Both the position numbers and the translations under genes were made by a program. 64,000 nt of DNA from a virus. The notes beneath the pieces are model-generated. The model saw only the letters and a program-made list of their open reading frames with translations, was not told the origin of the DNA and did no database searches. The stretch is from IMG/VR virus record IMGVR_UViG_3300025941_000001, positions 1 to 64,000 of that record; one strand, written 5' to 3'. Shown piece by piece: positions 1 through 9,098 of the stretch. Numbering within the stretch: the first letter of the stretch is position 1; each line of letters starts with the position of its first letter.

Positions 1-1
1 C

Positions 2-1381
2 GTCATCGACAAAGCGCTCTATCAGTACGATCAAGGCAACATCGAAGGCGTAGTCGTCCTCGCGCCGAACGGCATTCACATCAACTGGGTCCTCAACGAA
101 ATTCCCCGCTGGACGTATCCACGCAATGACGTGATGGCGTTCGCGTGGGAAGCGCCCAAGCGCGCCGACTGGGACCGCATCGAGAAGCTCCGCGCGCTCG
201 AAGCGTTCGGCGGCATGAAGTGGTTGACCATCAACATGGAGGCGCTGACCGAAACCGGCAACCACGGCAAGGACTGCATTCAAACCATCAAGCGGTTCAA
301 GGCAGCGTGCCACGGGAAATTCATGCTCGCGATCTCCGAGGCCCATCACTTCGGCCGGGCTGGAGCGAAACGCACGCGGCTCGCGCGCAACCTCGGCAAG
401 GTCGCCAAGTTCGTCACGGTCGAGACCGGAACGCCGATCTTGAACTCGCCGCTCCGAGCGTATTCGATTTACAAAATCTTGGACGATCTCGCGCTCGGCC
501 CGGAGTACGCCGGAGACACCTACGAAAAGTTCGTCCGTCATTTCGCCGAATTTGAGATCGACCCGAACGCCCCGGCCTTCCGGGCGAAGCGCCGCGCCTA
601 CAAGAAGCTCAAGTGCTACAAGAACCTCGACGAACTCCGGGACAAGATGGCCCGGTGGTCGAGCGTCGTGACCCGGGACGATGTAGAGGGCATGCCTGAC
701 CTCTTGCGCACCGAGCGAATTATCGTTATGAGTGAGACCCAGCGGCGCGCGTATCTGGAGATGGTCTCCCGGCACCTCGTCGAGATCGGCGACAGCATGG
801 TCTCTGCCAAGGACGGCGGAGCACGCGTGCAGAAGCTCCAACAAATTCTAAACGGGTACTTGAAGGATGGCGACGCTATCATCGACATCGACCCCGAGGC
901 ACCTATCTATGATGCTCTCGTCGAAGAGGTTGTTGGAACTTATCCCGAGAACAGCATCGTTTGGTGCCGTTATCGAGAAGACATCCGACGCGTCTGCGCT
1001 CGACTTCTACGCGAGAAAATCCCCTTCCTCGAATTTCACGGCGGAGTGCCAGCCGGTCAACGTGAACCCGTGCGACTACAGTTTCAAAACAGTGATCGAC
1101 CAACGGTCCTTGTCGGACATCCCGGGGCTGGAGGCGAAGGCCGAGATTTTAGCCGAGCACATGCGATCATCTTTTTCTCGTCTACTCCAAACGCAATTCA
1201 TGTCAATCAGGGAGAAGAGCGAGGAACGGAGAAGTGGGGACATCCGGTCAGCGTGGTCCGATTTCGAACGCCGGGCACAGTCGATGACCGAAACTGGGCA
1301 ATCGTCGATGGAAAAGTCACCGTGGCTGACGACCTATCCGGGCGTGGGCTACGCGATCTCTTGATGAGGACCGATGTCTAG
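2..1381 (+). CDS. SNF2-like (SF2) helicase/ATPase, 5' truncated by window edge; degenerate motifs II and VI
   Basis: Frame open from nt 2 (VIDKAL...VVVLAPNGIHINW); motif II ISEAHH, motif III ETGTP, IVWCRY, motif V AGGEGRDFSRAH. Confidence 0.85.
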   Translation, partial: VIDKALYQYDQGNIEGVVVLAPNGIHINWVLNEIPRWTYPRNDVMAFAWEAPKRADWDRIEKLRALEAFGGMKWLTINMEALTETGNHGKDCIQTIKRFKAACHGKFMLAISEAHHFGRAGAKRTRLARNLGKVAKFVTVETGTPILNSPLRAYSIYKILDDLALGPEYAGDTYEKFVRHFAEFEIDPNAPAFRAKRRAYKKLKCYKNLDELRDKMARWSSVVTRDDVEGMPDLLRTERIIVMSETQRRAYLEMVSRHLVEIGDSMVSAKDGGARVQKLQQILNGYLKDGDAIIDIDPEAPIYDALVEEVVGTYPENSIVWCRYREDIRRVCARLLREKIPFLEFHGGVPAGQREPVRLQFQNSDRPTVLVGHPGAGGEGRDFSRAHAIIFFSSTPNAIHVNQGEERGTEKWGHPVSVVRFRTPGTVDDRNWAIVDGKVTVADDLSGRGLRDLLMRTDV

Positions 1382-1865
1382 GACCAAACGATACCCGGAG
1401 TTGTTGAAGGCCGATCTCCGCAACGGCGTCAGCTACGCGTGCGCGTACTTGCGGCTCGGGCTCGGCTGGCCGCTCGCGCGTGCTGTCAGTGAGCCTCCGC
1501 GCAAGATGAGGCCGAGGCTCGCGTCTGAGCAGCGAGTGATCCATAAACGGTTCACGACGCCCCCGGTGATCCATAGGCGGGTCACCGAGGACAAGTCCCC
1601 CGCTCGCATTCGCCGCCTTCGGGAAGCGTACTGCGATCACTTCATCAAGACCGGCATTCTCGACGAGAGCATGGCGGCGCAACTCAGGGCCTACGCAGAT
1701 GACAAACGAACATCTCTCACTGATCCTCAACGAGTATCGTCCCAGCATGCGTCTCGACATTATCGTGGAGCGCGAAAAGGTGATGGAGACCACGGTTCTC
1801 GATCTGATGTGCAAGTTGATCTCGGAACCGCCAAGCTCATCAGTGCATTTCTGCGGCCGAGGTGA
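1374..1865 (+). CDS. Hypothetical protein with HNH-endonuclease-type C-terminal DNA-binding-like motif (GVSYACAYLRLGLGWPLARAVSEP)
   Basis: Overlaps helicase stop; motif resembles G-I-S-Y..L..RL..GW..E.AL..P repeats; 3' end overlaps next ORF, so the end is uncertain. Confidence 0.45.
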   Translation: MSRTKRYPELLKADLRNGVSYACAYLRLGLGWPLARAVSEPPRKMRPRLASEQRVIHKRFTTPPVIHRRVTEDKSPARIRRLREAYCDHFIKTGILDESMAAQLRAYADDKRTSLTDPQRVSSQHASRHYRGARKGDGDHGSRSDVQVDLGTAKLISAFLRPR

Positions 1866-1953
1866 TTGCATCCTGCGTGAGCGCGGCGAGGCAACCGACG
1901 ATGTCGCGGGCGCTGCGCCCTATAGGACATGGCTTGAGATGGACATGAGGTGA
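1699..1953 (+). CDS. Hypothetical protein
   Basis: ORF packs against the next gene (1957). Confidence 0.45.
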   Translation: MTNEHLSLILNEYRPSMRLDIIVEREKVMETTVLDLMCKLISEPPSSSVHFCGRGDCILRERGEATDDVAGAAPYRTWLEMDMR

Positions 1954-1956
1954 CCT

Positions 1957-2217
1957 ATGACAAAACATCTGCCCCTGCTTACTCGACTGACGCGTCAGCT
2001 TGCGGCTGACAACGTCCCCGATGCGCGCGACGAAGCCATTGGCATCCTGCGCGAGCGCGGACACATGAAAAAGAACTCGACTGAATTAACGGTCGAGGGC
2101 AAGAAACGTGAGGCCCTCGGCCCCGCCGGTCGCGCCATCGACCGAGCCGCGAAGCAAAGCGGCCGACCGAAGAGCGACTACAAATACATCGGTGGCAGCC
2201 GGGCGGTGCTCAAGTGA
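1957..2217 (+). CDS. Hypothetical protein
   Basis: GAGGTG RBS; GTGA overlap with next ORF. Confidence 0.7.
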   Translation: MTKHLPLLTRLTRQLAADNVPDARDEAIGILRERGHMKKNSTELTVEGKKREALGPAGRAIDRAAKQSGRPKSDYKYIGGSRAVLK

Positions 2218-2450
2218 CGCTCGACGGTCCCGACACAAGATACATGATGTTCTGGCGCGGCGCGTGGAGGCCGGTCGTTCACATGCTCATGGCGAACAAC
2301 GCGCAGACGTTCAACGTGATGCAAGCTGGCAAGGCGGTGCTTTACGTCGCCGAGGCATTCGGTTGGGTTGCAGTGAGCATCAACCCGGGCGACCTTATCG
2401 AACGTGTGGACCGAGACCCGGCGAAACGAGAATGGGCATACATTGATTAA
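2214..2450 (+). CDS. Hypothetical protein
   Basis: Translationally coupled to upstream ORF. Confidence 0.65.
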   Translation: MTLDGPDTRYMMFWRGAWRPVVHMLMANNAQTFNVMQAGKAVLYVAEAFGWVAVSINPGDLIERVDRDPAKREWAYID

Positions 2451-2497
2451 CCACTTTCATTTTTCCGCTTGACGGCGTCTTCGACCGGGCGTAATGC
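2447..2497 (+). promoter_or_regulatory. sigma70-type promoter with upstream CtrA half-site
   Basis: TTAACCAC 2447; TTGACG(2469)-N17-TAATGC. Confidence 0.65.
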
Positions 2498-2547
2498 GGA
2501 CTGGCGAAAGCGCGAAGAGCGCACCAAACCCAAACCGGAGTTGTCCC

Positions 2548-3390
2548 ATGAGAGGCCTCGAAGAGATCAAGAAGATCAACGAAAATCCGCACGCATTCCA
2601 CGGCGAGAGCAATGACCGCGAGCAGTACGGCAACGCGCCGCGCTACCTCAGCGGCGATGATCGACCGTGGGACGGCACTGCATCCCACGCGAGGGTCAAG
2701 AACGCGGAAGGCCGTGTATCGCACGAGATCATCCAGCGCATTCTTGAAGACATCACGGGCGGCCGACCGAAGGCTGCGGCCGACACGACGACTGAAATCC
2801 TTCGCACGTTTCTGGACCCCCAGCTATCCGATAAGGACTTGACCGAGATGTTCGCCGTCGCGACTGTCTTCCAAAAGCTCGGCATCCCTGCGCCGCGCGA
2901 CTACGTCAAGGCGAAAAAGATCGCGGCCACTCTCGCGGCCACGGTCGTCGAAGGCCTTGATCGCACTCTCGCTGACCGCTCGCGTCTCAACGACAAGAGC
3001 GACCGGGTCGCGCGTGGTGAGCCCCTCGGCATGGAAGGCATCCTGTCGGCTATCGACGCCGAGCCGCCCTTTCTTAAGTTCTGGCAGAAGCTCAACGACG
3101 AGCGCGCTGCCCGGGGCGAACCGGAAGCCGGATACAAGACCGCACGTGAAGCGTTCACTGGCGGACCCACTCCGGCTGGCGCGCTGACGTTCATCGGCAA
3201 GAAGTGGGATGGCTTGCGTGCCGTCCCGGCCGGTATGAACTATTACGGCGAGTTTCGACAGGTGACCGAGGATGGCACTGTCTGGCACGTCGTTTCCGAC
3301 AAGAGTGGTCCTCGCGTCTATATGACGCCGGAAGCCGCTCTCGATGGAGCCGCTATCGCCAAGCGCCATTCGGAGGAACATAAGAGCTAG
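2548..3390 (+). CDS. Hypothetical protein
   Basis: GGAG RBS at 2537-2540, ATG 2548, phage-like codon usage. Confidence 0.75.
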   Translation: MRGLEEIKKINENPHAFHGESNDREQYGNAPRYLSGDDRPWDGTASHARVKNAEGRVSHEIIQRILEDITGGRPKAAADTTTEILRTFLDPQLSDKDLTEMFAVATVFQKLGIPAPRDYVKAKKIAATLAATVVEGLDRTLADRSRLNDKSDRVARGEPLGMEGILSAIDAEPPFLKFWQKLNDERAARGEPEAGYKTAREAFTGGPTPAGALTFIGKKWDGLRAVPAGMNYYGEFRQVTEDGTVWHVVSDKSGPRVYMTPEAALDGAAIAKRHSEEHKS

Positions 3391-3602
3391 GCCCGAGCCG
3401 GGCATTCGCGGTCGGCTTCGTCGGTCGGCTCCTACCAAGCAGGCATCCTGTGGGCGGCTCGTGCGCCTCAACGCTTTCCCCATCTAAGGGTGCTGTAGAC
3501 GCGGAGACCTCGGCCTAGCAACCGAGGGTGACGAGAAACAACGGCCCCGCTGAGCAATGGCTCGCGGGGCCGGAGTTATACTCAAATCGCGGAAGTAGTA
3601 TA

Positions 3603-3845
3603 ATGATGAGCAAGGCTCCCCAATTCGTTGCCGAAGAAGTCTGGCGCGTTGCCCAGTCGGTCGTCGAGAACGCGATCAGCGAGGTTGACTGCGGCCGAGG
3701 CGGCGCGTTCAACACGTGCCAGCACTGCTATGAGCGCGTATGGTGGCAAGAGCCATACGAGAAGATCGTGCACAAGCCCGATTGCTTGTTCCTAGTCGCC
3801 CGGGACCTTTTGACCGGAGCCCCGGACAGCATCACGAGGGGTTAA
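3603..3845 (+). CDS. Small hypothetical protein with CxxC...H..C putative Zn site
   Basis: CQHC...HKPDC. Confidence 0.55.
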   Translation: MMSKAPQFVAEEVWRVAQSVVENAISEVDCGRGGAFNTCQHCYERVWWQEPYEKIVHKPDCLFLVARDLLTGAPDSITRG

Positions 3846-3904
3846 CGGTTTATTAACCATCCCCCATCTTCCTGCTTGCATCCGGGATAGGCCCGCGCTA
3901 CATC
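3842..3904 (+). promoter_or_regulatory. Full CtrA box plus sigma70-type promoter
   Basis: TTAA-cggttta-TTAACCAT; TTGCAT(3876)-N17-TACATC. Confidence 0.75.
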
Positions 3905-3951
3905 GGTCTCGTCGGGGACAGAACCCCGGCCCTACAGCAACAGGACCTAAA

Positions 3952-5544
3952 ATGACCGCTCAGATTTCCAAAGGCCAAAAGACCGCGACGGACATCTCTT
4001 CCTTGCTCCGCGCTCGCAACCCGCTGATCCAAGTGATCAGCCGTGAAGAGGCTCGCGTCGAAGGTTTCCTCGCGGAAGCCGCTGCCGCCGCCGGTTACAA
4101 AATTCTCTTCTGGGATATCGCTCAGGGCGTCACCAATCTTGACGGCAAACCCGCCGCCTCGTTCCGTGACGCGCAGGACCCGGCGACCGCTTTCAGCTAC
4201 GTCCGCAATGAAGCGGACAAGGGCGAGAAGGGCGAGCGCTACGTGTGGGTCTTCCGCGACCTCTCGACTTGGCTCGAAGGCCAGTCCGGTGCTGCCCCGC
4301 GTCGTCAACTTCGCAACCTCGCGAAGTACCTGCCGAGCGTCGGCCGCAAGTCGGCTCAGGCTATCGTGATCCTGACCACCTCGGCGACCGTGCAGGACGA
4401 TCTCGCTGGCCACGCTACGGTCATCGACTTCCCGCTCCCGGACCGCTCCGAGATTGAGAAGGTGTTGCAGACTGCGCTTGACAGCCTGCCGGACGACCTC
4501 AAGGCCGACGCTGCGCCGAATGGCACGCGTGACCTCGCGATTGACGCCGCTGTCGGCCTGACCGCCGAGGAAGCCGCGTCATGCTACGCGAAGTCTCTCG
4601 TCCAGACGAAAAAGATCGACCCGGCGATTGTCGCCAACGAAAAGAAGCGCGTCATCTCTCGTGAGCGCGTGCTCGAATGGATTGAGCCGGTGAACGGTGG
4701 CCTCGACGCTGTCGGCGGGCTGGAGAACTTCAAGGCGTGGCTGTCGCCCCGCAAGAACGCCTACAGCGCGAAGGCTCGCGAGTATGGTCTCCCGGCTCCG
4801 AAGGGCGTCGTGCTGACCGGCATCCCGGGCTGCGGTAAGTCGCTCGCTGCGAAGTGCACGCCTACCTCGTGGGGCGTTCCGCTTCTCAGGCTCGACCCGG
4901 GCGCGCTCAAGGGCAAGTTCGTCGGCGACAGCGAGGGCAACGTTCGTAAAGCTCTCAAGGTCATCGAAGCTCTGGGTCGCTGCATCGTGTGGATTGACGA
5001 AATCGAGAAGGCCCTTCAAGGTTCGGATGGCAACTCGGCGGACGGTGGCGTCTCTTCGGATCAACTCGGCACGCTGTTGAATTGGTTTCAAGAGCGCAAG
5101 AGCGAGGCTTTCGTGATCGTCACGTCGAACGATCTGACCAAGCTCCCGCCGGAGCTTATCCGTAAGGGCCGGTTCGACGAAGTGTTCTTCGTTGATCTCC
5201 CGAACCACGATGAGCGCAAGTCGGTGTTGAAAGCCGCGCTCAAAGCCAACGGCCGGGGCTCGGTCTTGGTGGACTTCGAGAAGCTCGCCGACGCGACCGA
5301 GACGTTCTCGGGCGCTGAGATCGCCGAACTCGTTCCGACCGCGCTGTATGTCGCGTTCGAAGACGAGGCCCGCGAGATCACGACCGAGGACTTGATCGCC
5401 GCTGCCAAGGCTGTCACGCCGATGGCGAAGACCGATGAGAAGCGCATCGCCCTCATCCGGGAGAAAGCCGCTAACCTCCGCCCGGCGACCGCCGAGGCGA
5501 AGGTCGGGGCCTCGGGCTCCAAGGGTCGGAAGATCGACCTTTAA
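3952..5544 (+). CDS. AAA+ ATPase, Ycf46-like (degenerate N-terminal AAA plus active C-terminal AAA)
   Basis: Walker A GIPGCGKS, Walker B WIDEIEK, SRH LPPELIRKGRFDEVFFVDLP, VGGLENFK. Confidence 0.9.
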   Translation: MTAQISKGQKTATDISSLLRARNPLIQVISREEARVEGFLAEAAAAAGYKILFWDIAQGVTNLDGKPAASFRDAQDPATAFSYVRNEADKGEKGERYVWVFRDLSTWLEGQSGAAPRRQLRNLAKYLPSVGRKSAQAIVILTTSATVQDDLAGHATVIDFPLPDRSEIEKVLQTALDSLPDDLKADAAPNGTRDLAIDAAVGLTAEEAASCYAKSLVQTKKIDPAIVANEKKRVISRERVLEWIEPVNGGLDAVGGLENFKAWLSPRKNAYSAKAREYGLPAPKGVVLTGIPGCGKSLAAKCTPTSWGVPLLRLDPGALKGKFVGDSEGNVRKALKVIEALGRCIVWIDEIEKALQGSDGNSADGGVSSDQLGTLLNWFQERKSEAFVIVTSNDLTKLPPELIRKGRFDEVFFVDLPNHDERKSVLKAALKANGRGSVLVDFEKLADATETFSGAEIAELVPTALYVAFEDEAREITTEDLIAAAKAVTPMAKTDEKRIALIREKAANLRPATAEAKVGASGSKGRKIDL

Positions 5545-5603
5545 GACTTCGTTAACCATCCCCCGGGTTCGTCCGTGACAAGCCCGGGGAGATGGACTAC
5601 ATC
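5541..5603 (+). promoter_or_regulatory. Full CtrA box plus sigma70-type promoter
   Basis: TTAA-gacttcg-TTAACCAT; GTGACA(5575)-N17-TACATC. Confidence 0.7.
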
Positions 5604-5652
5604 ACGGACAAGCCCGGGGCGGTTCTCGGGCGCAGCAACAAAGGAACGCGAA

Positions 5653-6444
5653 ATGCCCATCTCAGTATCAACCCTCCGGCCCGGCCTGCTCGTTCACGTC
5701 TCGACGAGCATCAAGGGCAACGTCTCTTACGACAAGGGCGAAGAGAAAGTCTCGATTGGCGAAGACGGTGCCGAGGTCTCCGAATGGACGACCGAGCGGA
5801 CCATCCTCGACGCGAAGGAACAGAAGCTCGCGACCGAGGTGAAGTCCAAGGCGCGCAACCTCGTCGTCGGCGTCTGCATCGCGACCGAGCACGGGCTGCT
5901 CTGCCCGATCTCCAAGCGCGATGATCTGGACGCGGCTTTCGATACCGCCCGGGGCCTCGTCGCCGCGTTCAACGCGACCTCGAAGTTCACTCGCTTGAAG
6001 TTCAACGCGCTGGCCGGTTTCATCGCCGAGGACGATGTCAAGGCTGCGAAGGCTATCCGCAGCGAGATCAGCGACCTCATCGAAGAGATGAAGGTCGGCA
6101 TTGAAAACGTCGATGTCGAGCGCGTCCGTGACGCGGCCAGCCGTGCCAAGAAAATCGGCAACATGCTGACGCCGGAGTTGCAGGCCCGCGTTGACGACGC
6201 CGTCAAGGACGTTCGTGCTCAGGCCAAGAAGCTCGTGGAAGCGGGCGAGCAGGCGGCGACCGCCATTGACGCGGCGACGATCAACAAGCTCGCTGCCGCC
6301 CGCACGGCCTTCCTTGACCTCGACGACGCGGCCGACGTGCAGGCCCCGGCCGATAGCTCCGGCCGCGCCATCGACCTCGCCCCGTGCGAGACCGAGGCTC
6401 CGGCCCCGGCCGCCGCTCAGGCTCGGGAGATCGAAATCGCTTAA
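5653..6444 (+). CDS. Hypothetical protein in AAA operon (possibly DUF3150-like)
   Basis: AAGGA RBS, ATG 5653 (MPISVSTLRPG); helical C-half; family call is tentative. Confidence 0.75.
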   Translation: MPISVSTLRPGLLVHVSTSIKGNVSYDKGEEKVSIGEDGAEVSEWTTERTILDAKEQKLATEVKSKARNLVVGVCIATEHGLLCPISKRDDLDAAFDTARGLVAAFNATSKFTRLKFNALAGFIAEDDVKAAKAIRSEISDLIEEMKVGIENVDVERVRDAASRAKKIGNMLTPELQARVDDAVKDVRAQAKKLVEAGEQAATAIDAATINKLAAARTAFLDLDDAADVQAPADSSGRAIDLAPCETEAPAPAAAQAREIEIA

Positions 6445-6492
6445 CCATTCCCCGGGGCGGCTCTTGCGGGTCGCCCCGGACCCTGCTACAAC
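6441..6492 (+). promoter_or_regulatory. CtrA half-site plus sigma70-type promoter
   Basis: TTAACCAT 6441; TTGCGG(6464)-N17-TACAAC. Confidence 0.7.
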
Positions 6493-6522
6493 CCGGCATC
6501 CTTAGCAACGAGGAACAGGACC

Positions 6523-6870
6523 ATGGCTTGCGAGACCTACAGGCGGACCCCGAACCAAACGCTCAGCGAGCGTAAGGCCGAGGTCAAGAAAGTGATCTAT
6601 GACATCAACTCGCTGATCGCGACGGGCAAGGTGAAGCCCATCGTGGACAAGCTGACCGGCGCGATTGCGTTTCAAGGCTTCGACCCGAACCTCCGCGACG
6701 GCGTCACTGACGCGTGCGTGTATCGCCAACTGATGATCTCAGGCGGCGCGCTGACCAAGGCGAAGATCGCGCAGGCCGAAGCCATAGCTGGCCGCACGGT
6801 CAGCAAGCAGGCGCTCGGCGCAGGCGTGCACTCGCACGACGGGGGCCAGTCGTGGCACCACGGACATTGA
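6523..6870 (+). CDS. Hypothetical protein with His-rich C-terminus (HSHDGGQSWHHGH)
   Basis: AGGA RBS; own promoter. Confidence 0.75.
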   Translation: MACETYRRTPNQTLSERKAEVKKVIYDINSLIATGKVKPIVDKLTGAIAFQGFDPNLRDGVTDACVYRQLMISGGALTKAKIAQAEAIAGRTVSKQALGAGVHSHDGGQSWHHGH

Positions 6871-7109
6871 AGATCGTCGCCGAGGATGGGCGCGAAGTCG
6901 CCCACCTCAAGCGCGTTCGCAACGGCAGCCGGATCGATGTGTCGGTCTGGTACTCCGGCGATATGTATCATCCGACCGTTCGCGGTCGGACGCCGACGAC
7001 CCCTTGGCGGCTCAATGGCGCGACGCGCTACGATGAGCGCGAGGCCGGTCGGTGGCTCGGCTCCCTGACGCGGGCCGGGTATGTCGGGTTCAAGACCGTG
7101 ACGGCTTAA
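6867..7109 (+). CDS. Hypothetical protein
   Basis: TTG start overlapping upstream stop (TTGA). Confidence 0.5.
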   Translation: MKIVAEDGREVAHLKRVRNGSRIDVSVWYSGDMYHPTVRGRTPTTPWRLNGATRYDEREAGRWLGSLTRAGYVGFKTVTA

Positions 7110-7323
7110 CACGTCACGGACTACAGCTAGGTGCGGCCTTCCCCCGGGCCGTACCCTGCGCGGGACCGGCGGGGTGAGTTGCTGCACTCCGCCGGTCTTA
7201 ATTCTCTTCGGTGATGCGCGCGATAGCGACAGTCAGCGTTAGCCCGCTTCGTTGTGGGCAGCCCACGGACGGCGAGACCTTGCAAGGCTCGCGCGCATCT
7301 CCGAAGTGAACCGGAGAAGACCA

Positions 7324-8676
7324 ATGCCGCAACGTACCGACCCGCACCAAGCTCGCGCTCGTGAACTCTGCATCGCCGCCGGGCTCGACCCGGACGGCCG
7401 ACGCGGCGAGGGCCGAGGCCATCCCATCTGGACCGAGTACCGCGACGCGGCGCGCAAGGAAGCGAACGCGGTCGAGCAGGCTCGGCTCGCATCCGAGATA
7501 GCCGCGATGACGGTGCCGGTGCAGACGGCCGAGTTCGCCGACGCTCCGCTCACGATCATGGGCGAGCACGACGAGGGCACCATCGCCCAGATGCGCAATT
7601 GCATGAAGATCGGCAACGTGGTCGGCGGCGTGATCTGCGCTGACGGTCATCTGGGATACGCGCAGCCGGTCGGCGGCGTGATCGCCTACAAGGATCACAT
7701 CAGCGTTTCCGGTGTCGGCTTCGACATCGGCTGCGGCAACATGGCGGTACGCCTCGACGTGAAGCACGCCGAGATCGCCGAGCGTCTGCCGACGATCATC
7801 CATGACGTGCAAAAGGTGATCTCATTCGGCATCGGTCGCACGAACGACGAGAAGGTCGAGCACGCGTTGTTCGACGACGCCGCGCTCTGGGATCAATCCG
7901 ACATGCGCGACTATCGGCAGAAAGCCGCCGGGCAACTGGGCACGGTCGGCTCGGGCAACCATTATGTGGACATCCTTCGCGATCTCCACGACGATCACGT
8001 TTGGATTGGCGTGCACTTCGGTTCGCGAGGCCTCGGCCACACGTCGGCGACGAAGTACATCAAGCTGGCCGGTGGCAAGGACGGCATCAACGTCGCGCCG
8101 ACCGTGCTCGACGTGCACAGCGAGATCGGGCAACGCTATATCGCTGCCATGACGCTTGCGGGCTCCTACGCCTACGCCGGGCGCGAGTGGGTCGTCGAGC
8201 GCGTGCGCAAGATCATCGGCGGCGAGGTGACGAAGTCGGTGCACAATCATCACAACTACGCATGGCAGGAAGAGCACAACGGGCAGAAGCTCTGGGTCGT
8301 GCGCAAGGGCGCAACGCCTGCGTTCCCGGGGCAACTCGGTTTCGTCGGCGGCTCGATGGGCGACGATGCGAAGATCATCGAAGGCATCGACGGTGCCGAG
8401 GCGAAGGCCGCGCTCTACTCTACTGTCCACGGCGCGGGCCGGGTCTTCGGCCGCAACGAGGCCAAGCGTCGGTTCACGCGCGCCGAGATGGATCAGTGGT
8501 TGCAGGCTCGCAACGTGATCCTCGTGGGCGCTGACCTCGACGAAAGCCCAATGGCTTACCGACGCCTGCCCGAAGTTCTGACGCACCACGCGGGCTCTGT
8601 GCGCGTTGTGCACAACCTCCGGCCGACTGCGGTCGCCATGGCGGGCGCGGGAGAATTTGATCCGTTCAAGGACTGA
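7324..8676 (+). CDS. rtcB: RtcB-family RNA ligase with ~65-aa N-terminal extension
   Basis: DGHLGY.QPVGG, GFDIGCG, GTVGSGNHY, HFGSRG, HNHHNY, VRKGATPA, HGAGR, DESPMAYR; GGAG RBS before ATG 7324. Confidence 0.95.
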   Translation: MPQRTDPHQARARELCIAAGLDPDGRRGEGRGHPIWTEYRDAARKEANAVEQARLASEIAAMTVPVQTAEFADAPLTIMGEHDEGTIAQMRNCMKIGNVVGGVICADGHLGYAQPVGGVIAYKDHISVSGVGFDIGCGNMAVRLDVKHAEIAERLPTIIHDVQKVISFGIGRTNDEKVEHALFDDAALWDQSDMRDYRQKAAGQLGTVGSGNHYVDILRDLHDDHVWIGVHFGSRGLGHTSATKYIKLAGGKDGINVAPTVLDVHSEIGQRYIAAMTLAGSYAYAGREWVVERVRKIIGGEVTKSVHNHHNYAWQEEHNGQKLWVVRKGATPAFPGQLGFVGGSMGDDAKIIEGIDGAEAKAALYSTVHGAGRVFGRNEAKRRFTRAEMDQWLQARNVILVGADLDESPMAYRRLPEVLTHHAGSVRVVHNLRPTAVAMAGAGEFDPFKD

Positions 8677-8681
8677 GGGCC

Positions 8682-8710
8682 TTGACAGCTTTTCGCGGCT
8701 CGTGTATAAG
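8682..8710 (+). promoter_or_regulatory. Strong sigma70 promoter of the RNA/tRNA cluster
   Basis: TTGACA-N17-TATAAG. Confidence 0.8.
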
Positions 8711-8716
8711 CCGCCA

Positions 8717-8845
8717 CTCAATCGACGAGAGCCTGCGGGGCTCGCGTCTCTGACGCCCCCGGCCGACTAGGCCAGCCCTTAAATGGGCAAGGGGCTGCCC
8801 GCAGGAAACGAACGAGGCGACAGTGCGCGCCTACAACGTCGAACC
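8717..8845 (+). ncRNA. Candidate structured RNA at the 5' end of the tRNA transcript (unassigned)
   Basis: Nested stems 8722-27/8837-42, 8732-39/8798-805, 8755-59/8791-95 enclosing two small hairpins; possible pseudoknot 8745-50/8814-19. Confidence 0.45.
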
Positions 8846-8906
8846 GGAGTATGTGCTCGTGAACCGTTCCGCTGCCCACGCATCCCCGATGAACCCTCGC
8901 CCATCT

Positions 8907-8985
8907 CAGGGCGTGGGGGAGTTTGGCCGTCCCCGCGTGGCCCGGACCCACGAGATCGCAGGTTCAAATCCTGTCGCCCTGACCA
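8907..8985 (+). tRNA. tRNA-Pro(CGG), atypical C33/A37
   Basis: CAGGGCG/CGCCCTG-A-CCA; anticodon arm CGTGG-CCCGGAC-CCACG; T-loop TTCAAAT. Confidence 0.88.
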
Positions 8986-9021
8986 TTACCATCACATCGA
9001 CGACTACCCAACGCTAAGCCT

Positions 9022-9095
9022 GCGGGCTTGGTGTAGCGGTAGCACAACGGGCTCTGAACCCGTCAGTCTGGGTTCAAATCCTAGAGCCCGTGCCA
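9022..9095 (+). tRNA. tRNA-Gln(CTG)
   Basis: GCGGGCT/AGCCCGT-G-CCA; ACGGG-CTCTGAA-CCCGT. Confidence 0.9.
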
Positions 9096-9098
9096 TTC

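Noticed and set aside
8717-8845. Hammerhead, tmRNA or SRP RNA assignment
   Set aside because: No CUGAUGA core in register with GAAA, no T-arm/CCA end or tag ORF, and no SRP helix-8 motif
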